Shown: in pieces, positions 22,210-31,021 of the stretch | Numbering within the stretch: the stretch's first letter is position 1 | Layout of the letters: every line of letters starts with the position of its first letter | From: Chrysochromulina tobinii | Taxonomy: Eukaryota | Assembly (NCBI GenBank): GCA_001275005.1 | Contig: JWZX01003276.1 | Span: 1 to 44,169, forward strand | Length of the DNA: 44,169 nt | Direction of reading: 5' to 3' | Notes under the pieces: model-generated | Told to the model about the DNA's origin: nothing | The model's input: the letters and a program-made list of their open reading frames with translations, nothing else | Database searches by the model: none | Translations under genes and position numbers: made by a program

Positions 22210-23308
22210 TTAATATCTCGCTGTTTTAAACGTGTGGAGCTCGGGGTCCTGCTCGGGCGCCGCCGCGAGCAGCACCAGCTGGGCGAGCCGGCGTGGCGGT
22301 TCCTGCTCGAGGCGGCGGAGCACCGTCCACCGGCACGCGCCCGTCTCGTAGATCGCGCGCACGCTGCGCAGCATCGCGCGCATCTCGTTCTCGAGGATCT
22401 CCGTCTGCTTGAGGTAGAACTCGCGCAGCGCGTACGAGATGCGCGCGCCCTCGCCGTACCGGAGGAGGCCCTCGTACCGCCTCATCGCCGCGTCCTCCTT
22501 GGTCGGCCGCCCGTCCGCGAGGGGGATCGCCCGGTTCTTCTTCGCCTCTTTGGTGAAGAACTCGTCGTGGCGCGCGGGCTTGCCGTCAAAGCCCCACGCG
22601 CCGTAAAAGGTGTTGGAGCCGGGCGTCTGGTAGACGTACATGTCCCAGGCTTGCTGGTCGAGCCGCGTGGGCGGGCGCGTGCCCGGACGAAGCGCCGGCT
22701 GCACGGCCGGGTCGCGCGCGGCCGAGCTCGTCGACGACGCGTGCCTGAGCTCGCGCTTCTCCGCCCCGTCGTCTTCGGCCGCCGCCTTGGGCTGCGCGGC
22801 GGCATACTCAATGTCCACGTTGATCGGGCAGTGCGAGGCACTCCCAGGCCTTTGCAGCGACGACGACGGCGACGTGCGCGCCTGCCTGCGCAGGCTCCTC
22901 CATCAGCGCGGTGAGCGCCGGTGGAATGGACGCCTCCCACAGATCCGCGTGCTCCGCGCTGTTGCTGAACGCGAGCACGAGCTCGCGGGCGGCCACGTAC
23001 GCGCTGGGCTGGCCGCGCACCCGGGGCGGGTCCTTGGGCGGGATGTCGTCGAGCGCGAAGAGGTCCGCCTCGAAGGTGCCGTCCACGGCGCGCCGCACAA
23101 ATGCCTCCGCCGTGAGCGGCCGCTTCGTCGATGCAGAGCACGGCGGCGGCATGTCCTCCGGCTCGGCGCCGATGTGTGCTGCCATGTTATCAGCTGCGAT
23201 GTCCGGAGCGATCTCGCCGTACTCGAGGCCGGCCTCGTGCGCGCCAGGGGCGGTGGGCGGCACCGGCTTGGCCGGGGCTTTGCCGGCCTTGATCGAGCCG
23301 GGCGGCAT
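22210..23308 (-). pseudogene. Hypothetical gene split by an apparent +1 frameshift at about 22826-22828 (pseudogene or sequence error)
   Basis: ORFs 22808..23338 and 22210..22818 overlap by 11 nt; deleting one base from the G-run gives the continuous reading WECLALPINVDIEYAAA. Confidence 0.5.
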
Positions 23309-23585
23309 TGGGCCACCTCCACCAAGCGAACCAATCACCAGTCACCAGTCGGGGTTGGTCCTGACTTTTGCGCCAACGATACTTGCCCAAGAAAGGGCAT
23401 GTCTAACGTGGTCAAGACATGTCAAGTGAAGTCGCGACACGCACAAAACGCAAAGACACCCACAACCCGAGTCGCGGCGCCACCAGTGGTCAAACGAATG
23501 GATTTTCCTTTTTTATCGAGTAAGAACGCCGCCGCTCTGGAATTTGGTCACAAACTATTGTACTAGCTAGCAGCTGTCGTGAGGT

Positions 23586-24155
23586 GGGTGACGGGGGGTT
23601 TGTTATCGAATTTGGGGGGGGGTGTTATCAGGATACGTATCCCATGTATCGTGCATGTGTCATGCATGTATCGTGAACGTATCTTGATGTGTCCCAGATA
23701 CAACAAGATACATCAGGATACAATAAGATACATTTGCAGATACGTACCTCTCTGGATACAATTGAGATACATGTATATCATTATGTATCTCTCATGTATC
23801 CCGCATGTATCGTCAATGTATCCTCGAACCTCTGCAGATACATGTATCTCATATGTATCCCGCATGTATCCCGCATGTATCCTCACGTGCAAGATGCATA
23901 TATCCTGATGTATCTGATATGTATCCCAAAATGTATCTTGGACTCGTTTGGGATACGTATAAAATACATGCAAAAATCAAGATACATGTATTCTCTTGGA
24001 ATGTAACAGGTCATTCAAGATACATTTAAGATACATCAGGATACATTAGGGATACATGTATCCTTCAGGATACACACAGGATACATCATGATACATCAGG
24101 ATACGTATCCTGATAACAACCCCCCCCAAACTCGATAACAACCCCCCCCTAACCC
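23586..24155. mobile_element. 570-bp non-autonomous DNA transposon (MITE, Mutator-like)
   Basis: Imperfect ~55-bp terminal inverted repeats (GGGT...TTGTTATCGA.TTTGGGGGGG..TGTTATCAGGATACGTATCC); 10-bp target duplication GTCGTGAGGT at 23576-23585 and 24156-24165; AT-rich interior of GATACAT/ATGTATC subrepeats. Confidence 0.92.
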
Positions 24156-24165
24156 GTCGTGAGGT

Positions 24166-24495
24166 GCTCGACAGCACGAGGCCGGGCGTTGTGGACGTGC
24201 TCTGCATTGCGCCGTCGCTCCGCCCAGTAGTTGCGCACGTCTCGGTCGACCTCTACAACCAAAAACGCCGTCTCTGTCGAGTTGTCAAGCTGTCAAGGCT
24301 CCGTCGAGGCGCTGTCGAGGCGCTGTCGAGGCCTTGCCTGTCGAGCCTGTCGAGCTCCTGTCGAGCTCCTGTAGAGTAGCTGTCGAGCCTGTCGAGGCTG
24401 ACTGCATGCGCCTGGGCGTCGAGTAGCTGTCGAGCTGTCGAGTAGCTGTCGAGTTTCTCTGTCGAGGCTGTCGAGTGTGCTGTCGAGCTCGAGCC
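24166..24495. repeat. CTGTCGAG-rich repeat element, interrupted by the MITE
   Basis: About 14 exact CTGTCGAG copies plus variants in 24274-24490; an inverted CTCGACAG lies near 24168. Confidence 0.8.
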
Positions 24496-25324
24496 TGGCA
24501 TGTAGCTTTGCTATTTTGCATGAAGCACTCTGACTCTCACAGCAGTAGGCCTAGAGGACCCACACATAAACCACCAACCAAACTAGAGGTCAAACCAGGG
24601 GTCAAACGGATAAAGAACTACCTCGGAGATCAGGACCCGTCACACCCTAACCCCTACCCCCTAACCCCTACATAGCCACAGGTTTCTTAACCGTTATTTT
24701 TGTAATACCCACCCTAAACCCCTACCTAGCCACTGGTTTCAAGACCAGAAAATGCAACCTTAGTGCAATTCTGAGGAGAATTAGGTCAAAAAGAGCACGA
24801 AAGAGCACGAACGTGGAACGACAGGTCCACCAGAACATCCATCATCCAGCCACCAAGTTGTGTAGTTGACCAGTGGGTCTATCAACCTTCACCTTGAAGG
24901 AGTGGGGCTCTAACCTGGCTTCTCTCAGCTAGGGCTAGATAAGGGCTAGATCCCAGTCTTAGACCTCGTGTTCAATGCTCGTGTTACCTCGTGCTGTCGG
25001 GCTTCGGTCCGACACGGCCGAAACGCGACGTACACTCCCATCCGTCGGAGCTATGATTTTGACGAGGAGCTGCACGCTCGGAGGAGGCCGCAGAGTGCGG
25101 GCAGGAGCGGGAGCAGACACTTCTGCGATCTGCCGCTCATCAGATAATCTACGGTTACGTATATTAGTGCGATGCAGTAACACTAACAGGACAGTGACTT
25201 CAGTCCCCATTCCCGTCTTGTTCTCGAACCCTGTCGAGGGAGTAAGGCGGCACAGTGAAGACTGGAGTGCGAGTCGTGTCGGCTCCACGCTCCAAGCTCC
25301 ACCAGGCGAGGGCAGGCCGGGCTA

Positions 25325-27346
25325 TCAGCAACGCGGGCTTTTCGACGCAGCGCCTTGTAACGAGCAGTCAGCCATCCAGCTGCCATCGTACGCCACGCGT
25401 ACGACCGGAGCGAGCACATGGCCATCGTGCTGCTCGTGCGGGAGCGCACTGCCAACCGGCCGGCCATCAATCCACACGTGAAGTCCACGCCCGTGATGGT
25501 ACGTCAGGCCGTCGGCGTCCCACACGACGGAGACGTCGACGCCGCGCAGCCACAGCCGCGTAGCGCAAAAGGAACGCACGCGCGTGAGCGGGTGGAGCTC
25601 GAGGAATTTGGCGTGCGTGCGCACACCCACTAGCCCCGAGAGCACCAGGTCGTTGAATGTCGAGTGGAAATAGTGCGTACCACGCGCTCGTAGGTGGTCG
25701 CGCCCATTGCGTGCACCCAGCCCGCCTGTTTTTGGCCACGGTTCGATACCGTGGAGCTTGCGGCGGGTGATCCAGTAGCCGTCGTCTGGATGGAGGTCTT
25801 CGTCGACGTGTGGTGGTGCGAGCTGCTCCGCGTGCGAGCGCGTGTGCGCGCGCGCATAGCGGCGGAGGAGCTTGTCGAAGGAGGCACCGCTTGCGCTCGG
25901 CTGCCTCGGGTACGTCTGCAGCAGGTTGATGAGCGCCGTCCCAAGCTTCGACGTCTCGTACGGCCAGCTGCCGCCGTTCCAGTTGCACTGGGCGCTGTTC
26001 GAGAAGTTGTAGCACGGCGAGCGCCGCTCCGTGGTGCGCGGCCCCCACTTGGCGTCGAAGCCCTCCGGATCCTCGAGTTGTTCGAAGGCGCGTGCGTACC
26101 TCGCACTCGTGATCGCGTCATCCGAAGGCACCGCACTGAAGTACCAGGGCGACGAGAGTCCCATCAGCTCCCGCACAGGCACGCGCTTGCCGAGCGGCCA
26201 GCCGCGCTCGGGCGGGCACTTGCGCGGCCGGTGGCACGCGAGGCACCCTAGGTAGGTCTGCACCTCACGGCTGCGCCCAATCTTTCCATATTTGTGCCAT
26301 TCCTGGTGAAGTGTGGCGGGGGCGGCCTCGGCCTTGTTCACAAAAAAACCGAGCTCGTCGGACCAGAGCTGATCGGTGAGCACCGCCTGCCACTTGCGCG
26401 CCTCGCGCTCGTAGTAGGCCGCGCGTGACGTGTTGCCCAGCGCTGCTGCGATGCTGCGAAGGGCGATCGCTTCACCAAACATGACCGAGTTGATCGTCGG
26501 CCGGCAACCATCGAGGCCAGCTGAGTTCTCCTCACCATCAGCGTGGCACGAAGTGAACATGCACCGGCCCTTGGGCGAGTAGTGCGTGGCGACCCACTCG
26601 TCGTAGTGCGCGTCCAGATGCCCGAAGAGCTCGGCCTGCACCCCTGCCGAGCTCTGCGAGTGGTGAAGCAGCGAGCGCTGCCACAGCGCATAAGCCGCCC
26701 ACCACGTGTACTGCTTGCGATAGCCGTCGCCCTTGAACCAGAAGCGCGCGTAGTCGTCCACGATGGCCGCGTCGCGCAGCCAGCGGCCCTCCATGATGTG
26801 GTGGCCCGCAGGGCACACAATGGTATTGTAGGGTCCCGACCAGAAGACCTTTTGCAGGAACTCGGTGATCACCCAACAGCCCTCCTTCTTGCCGCAGCCC
26901 GGCGCCTTGGCGGGTCGGCGGACCATGTGCAGATTGAAGAGGCGCCATCGGTACCAGTACGTCTTTGTGATGTCGTCATCGTCGCACTCGAAGAGTGGCG
27001 CTGTTTCCTGGACCCAAGGCATGCTCTCGTTGAGGATCGATTTGAAGGGCAGCAGCGAAATGATCGGCGGAGCGCCGAGCAATGGTGGCGGAGACGAGGC
27101 AGCTGAAGGCGGGGGCGTTGATGCAGCCAACGGTGGCGGTGGCGACTGCAACCTGGAGACCCAGAGCCATCCGAGCGCCAGGCCGAGGCACCCACAGGCC
27201 GCAGCCTTGGTACACGAAGAGGGGGCGTTTGCAGACGGAGGGCGGCGCACGCTGCTCGGGATCAGCAACGCTGATCGCTCGTCTAATGGGTCTTCCTCGG
27301 CGGGAGGCGGCACGAAGGTGACGCGACGGCCATGACCATGAGCCAT
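25325..27346 (-). CDS. Type II membrane-anchored glycoside hydrolase of the (alpha/alpha)6 GH63/MGH1-like group
   Basis: PLFECDDDDITKTYWYRW, VITEFL, GHHIMEGRWLRD, RPTINSVMFG, CNWNGGSWPYETS and YFHSTFNDLVLSGLVG, as in the bacterial/fungal MGH1-like family; N-terminal hydrophobic span followed by a Pro/Ser stalk. Confidence 0.8.
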   Translation of the reverse strand: MAHGHGRRVTFVPPPAEEDPLDERSALLIPSSVRRPPSANAPSSCTKAAACGCLGLALGWLWVSRLQSPPPPLAASTPPPSAASSPPPLLGAPPIISLLPFKSILNESMPWVQETAPLFECDDDDITKTYWYRWRLFNLHMVRRPAKAPGCGKKEGCWVITEFLQKVFWSGPYNTIVCPAGHHIMEGRWLRDAAIVDDYARFWFKGDGYRKQYTWWAAYALWQRSLLHHSQSSAGVQAELFGHLDAHYDEWVATHYSPKGRCMFTSCHADGEENSAGLDGCRPTINSVMFGEAIALRSIAAALGNTSRAAYYEREARKWQAVLTDQLWSDELGFFVNKAEAAPATLHQEWHKYGKIGRSREVQTYLGCLACHRPRKCPPERGWPLGKRVPVRELMGLSSPWYFSAVPSDDAITSARYARAFEQLEDPEGFDAKWGPRTTERRSPCYNFSNSAQCNWNGGSWPYETSKLGTALINLLQTYPRQPSASGASFDKLLRRYARAHTRSHAEQLAPPHVDEDLHPDDGYWITRRKLHGIEPWPKTGGLGARNGRDHLRARGTHYFHSTFNDLVLSGLVGVRTHAKFLELHPLTRVRSFCATRLWLRGVDVSVVWDADGLTYHHGRGLHVWIDGRPVGSALPHEQHDGHVLAPVVRVAYDGSWMADCSLQGAASKSPRC

Positions 27347-27357
27347 CGCAATAAGTG

Positions 27358-27402
27358 CAAGTCAAGTCAAGTCAAGTCAAGCGAACATATACTTGACTTG
27401 AA
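27358..27402. repeat. Inverted pentamer microsatellite (CAAGT)n...(ACTTG)n between divergent genes
   Basis: CAAGTCAAGTCAAGTCAAGTCAAG followed by ACTTGACTTG. Confidence 0.8.
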
Positions 27403-27605
27403 CTACGAAACGCGGCCATACGTCCTGGGACACCCTCGGTGCCTTCTGGTGTGTATGCATGAAGAGGCTGGAGTATGCGTGCAATGCGGTCGGTTACAAA
27501 GTACTGGTAGAAGAATTGACCGCCACGGCGCGAGACGCGACGCGCGTGTGTCCCGCAGACGGTTCAAGGATCAAATTGTCCTGCGCGATCCTCTATTGCC
27601 GCAGC

Positions 27606-30170
27606 ATGGCGCAGCAGTGGGTCACCGGGTCGCCAGACGGCACGTTTCTGACGCGCCAGCCTCCCACGTCCCTTACCCCGCACCGCTCCGCGCCCGCGCT
27701 TAGCCCGTACTACGTCAAGGGCCGTGGCGCCTCAGATCCGCTCCGCGGCCTGCGGCCTTGGAGCTTTGCTGGCGCAGGGCCTGAAATGCCCGCGTGGAGC
27801 CGTCACACGACCGCATCGGCCGCGAAGACGGGAATTGTCTACCACGTACCTGTTGCGCCCGCGTGGCGGCCACCTGGGCAGTCTGTGGGCCTGCATGTGC
27901 CATTCGAGCACCGTCGGCCGCCGCCGCCGCCGCCCCCTAGGCTGCCACCTCCTTCAGACCCAGCGCAAGGGGACCTCTCGACCGAGGTGCTCACGGCAGA
28001 GCTGCGTAAGACAACTGCCATCCTGGCAAAGGCGCATGCACAGCTGCACGAGGAGCGGCAAATCTCGGCCATGCGCGCTGAGGAGACGGAGTCACAACTT
28101 GCCCTTGCGGCGGAAATGGGCCGTCAAGAGGAGCGACATGCTGCGCAGGCCATGGTCGACGAGGCGCGTGGCACGCTATCCACGCTCGTCAACATCCATG
28201 AGAGGGGCGCCGCCTACGTCAAGCAGACTGAGCGCGGTATGATTGCCTCCGCGCTCGCAGAGCAGCGCCGCGGTCTCGAGGAGGAGATCCGCCAGTCCAA
28301 GCTCGCGACTGACACTCAGCAAGCAGAGTTGCGGCGCGCGGCCGAGGAGCGGCACAAGCGTGAGATGGAGAAGATGCTCGAAGAGGTCCAGGCCGCGCAA
28401 CGGGCGCTAGCGGCAGCAGAGGAGAAGGCCTTTGTGTTAGCGAGGAAGTTCGAGAACACTCGCGAGGGCCGCATCGACTTCATGTACAACAAATTCAGTC
28501 GCAAGTTGCTGAACGGGGATCTAGCCAGAGGCTGGCAATCGTTGATTACCATGCGCGATGACAAGCGCTACATGGCAGAGCTCGTACGAATTTCGCAGGG
28601 ACGGTGCTTCTTTCTCTTCCCAACTATACGCTCAGCGTTTTCGAGGTGGACCACGCTAAAGGCGGACCTCGAGGCCTTGGCCAAGCTGCGTGCGGAGCAG
28701 GCGGAAAAGGACGCAGAGCAGGCGAGGGTGGACCGTATCGCCGAGCTCGAGGCGGAGCTAGTTAAGGTGCGCAAAGATTGCGAAGTGCGACTCGCCGACG
28801 CGGACTCCAAGCTCAATGTTATGCAAAAGCGCATGTCCGATTTTCAGCGCGAACGCGCTGACTTTAACCTGCTCGTCGACGCGCGCTCTGAAGAAGAGCG
28901 ATCGAAGCGTGTAGCACTCATCCAGCGACACGCAGGCTACCAAGTGCGCAATCACCAACTCAATCGGGGTTGGAAAACGTGGGCAGACCAGTACAAGCGC
29001 TATCGCGAAGAGCAGCGCAGGGCAAAAGTTTACCGCGAGGCGCAAATGCGTATGATGAAGCCCCACCTTGCGAAGCCGTTCATCCACTGGCGCGTTCGGT
29101 GGCAAAACACGAGCTCCAAACAGCGCCGGAAGGAAGAGGTCTCGGTCGAGGAGAAGCTTCAGGAGGCAGTACGGCTGCACGGCGTTGCAGAGCAGGAGAC
29201 TTCCCGTGTCCGAGCCCTCCTCGCCGAGAGAGATCAGGCGCTCGCGCTGGCCAACGTGGCCCTCGAAGACGAACGGCGCGCCCTCATGCAGGCACGAGGG
29301 GAGGCTGCGGAGGCGAAGACGATGATGCTGCAAGCCCGCGAATCAACAACCAAGCTCGCCGCGTCGGAGTTGCGCGTGAAAGAGCTCAATCAGCGCATCG
29401 GCGAGTCTGCCGAGGTGCTCGAGCGCGAGCGGGCAGAGGCGAAGCGCTCCGCCGACCAGCAGCGGCTACTCGCCGAGACGGAACTGAAACGCCTGCTTGC
29501 AGACCAGCGCCAGTCGCTCGAGGCCCAGATGGTCCTAGTGGTCAAGGAGGCCGATGAGCGCATCAGGATGATTGAGGATCAATGCCGAATGAAGCTAGAA
29601 TCCATGCAGCGGCAGCAGGTGCAGATCGTGGAAGAGCGAATTGTCAACGGGGAACCGGCTCTCACATCGCCCGTGCCCGAAGACGAGCAGGTCGGCTACC
29701 GCCGTAGCGGGCTCCATCCTGTGTGGGGACGGGGCCCGGATCTGAATACCGCTGAGCGTGCAGCTGCCTGGGAGCAGTATCAGAAGGCCAAGGAGGAGGC
29801 CCAGAAAGCGACACCGCCAACCTTGGCGTGGGCCTTCGCTCAGCGATCAGCGGAAGCGTATCGCGCGGCCAGGCGCTTCCCTATCGCGCCGTTGGCGAAG
29901 AGGGATACTCCTCGGTCGAGCACCACGAGCCATCCAACCTCGGCTCGGGGCGGCGCTGTTGGAAGTGCGCGGCTTCCAACCGCCTCGGCACGCGGCGGCG
30001 GATTACAGATGCTCAGGAACTCCGCGTCGGCGGGCGCGCTCCAACCGGGCACATCCATTGAGCCAATCTGCAACCCACGCGCGGCTCTAACAGTGATACC
30101 CTCTCAGTCAAGCGTGTCGGTGGTGGACCCGCCACCGACTCGTTCTCCACGGCCACAGCCATCTCCTTAG
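27606..30170 (+). CDS. Long coiled-coil protein with Sfi1-like Trp repeats
   Basis: 903-aa ORF (likely start MAQQW); extensive E/R/A/Q heptads; DLARGWQSL, TIRSAFSRW, QLNRGWKTW and HLAKPFIHW motifs. Confidence 0.75.
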   Translation: MAQQWVTGSPDGTFLTRQPPTSLTPHRSAPALSPYYVKGRGASDPLRGLRPWSFAGAGPEMPAWSRHTTASAAKTGIVYHVPVAPAWRPPGQSVGLHVPFEHRRPPPPPPPRLPPPSDPAQGDLSTEVLTAELRKTTAILAKAHAQLHEERQISAMRAEETESQLALAAEMGRQEERHAAQAMVDEARGTLSTLVNIHERGAAYVKQTERGMIASALAEQRRGLEEEIRQSKLATDTQQAELRRAAEERHKREMEKMLEEVQAAQRALAAAEEKAFVLARKFENTREGRIDFMYNKFSRKLLNGDLARGWQSLITMRDDKRYMAELVRISQGRCFFLFPTIRSAFSRWTTLKADLEALAKLRAEQAEKDAEQARVDRIAELEAELVKVRKDCEVRLADADSKLNVMQKRMSDFQRERADFNLLVDARSEEERSKRVALIQRHAGYQVRNHQLNRGWKTWADQYKRYREEQRRAKVYREAQMRMMKPHLAKPFIHWRVRWQNTSSKQRRKEEVSVEEKLQEAVRLHGVAEQETSRVRALLAERDQALALANVALEDERRALMQARGEAAEAKTMMLQARESTTKLAASELRVKELNQRIGESAEVLERERAEAKRSADQQRLLAETELKRLLADQRQSLEAQMVLVVKEADERIRMIEDQCRMKLESMQRQQVQIVEERIVNGEPALTSPVPEDEQVGYRRSGLHPVWGRGPDLNTAERAAAWEQYQKAKEEAQKATPPTLAWAFAQRSAEAYRAARRFPIAPLAKRDTPRSSTTSHPTSARGGAVGSARLPTASARGGGLQMLRNSASAGALQPGTSIEPICNPRAALTVIPSQSSVSVVDPPPTRSPRPQPSP

Positions 30171-31021
30171 ATAGAGTGCGTGCAAGGCCTCCCATCAGGT
30201 CCCGTCCATAGAGCCATCACACATCACTCATCATAACTGTTTCACGTGTGACGTGTCAAGCCAGAGGGTCAGCAAAGGGAACTGGCTCTGAGGAGAGAAT
30301 GCTGAATGGAGAATGGAGCATCTTTATCGGTTTAGGGGTTTTAACTCTCCTCCGCGCGGGGGTCCGTCCGCGGTTTAGTTTTTTATATTAATACCTTGTT
30401 ACGCTACTTACCTTCAACCTTCAGGTTCGACGGTACCTAGAGTGATGCTTGAACTTTCGCCTCTAGTACGAATGTACGTTCATACTTCATTCGTTCTGAA
30501 GGATACATCGATACAAAAGGAATACATTCTCGCGACCCAGCGGCGCGCCCTCGGAAAGCAGGAAGGAAACGACAAATTCCGAGCTTATGGAAAAAACCCC
30601 GTATACGCTTACCTGTCCTAAGCGGCTGAGGTAACAGACAGCGAAAGACAGCGAGCGTATGCATCCGAAGCACGAACGACGAATCCAGTGAAACGCACCG
30701 CCGGCCGGCGGGCAATCGCCGGCGGGGGACGAGGGGATGTGAAATTGCGAATTCAAGTATTCACCTAATTCGATATCGCGATTCGCGTCCTCGGCCTAAG
30801 TATAACGATCACGTCATCCTGCAGCTGCACGCCCGACGTGACGCCCGAACGGAATGTGAATCAGAGAGATCTCGCGGACCGCCGGACCCACCAACCGCCA
30901 AAGCTGCCGTGCGCCGATCGCTAGATTTTTGCCACACTCCACACCGCCCGGTGTGGAGAGTACGTCTGCAGATTGAAGACGCACACGACTGCTGGTGGCA
31001 GGGTGGGGCTCACCGCCACAA

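Noticed and set aside
23579..24029. Tyr/Ile/Met-rich ORFs
   Set aside because: These are translations of the MITE's internal GATACAT subrepeats.
24274..24495. CRISPR array
   Set aside because: The repeat is only 8 bp with irregular tiny spacers; no cas genes; eukaryotic context.
24644..24731. Telomere or interstitial telomeric array (CCCTAA-like)
   Set aside because: Only a few degenerate units, with genes on both sides.
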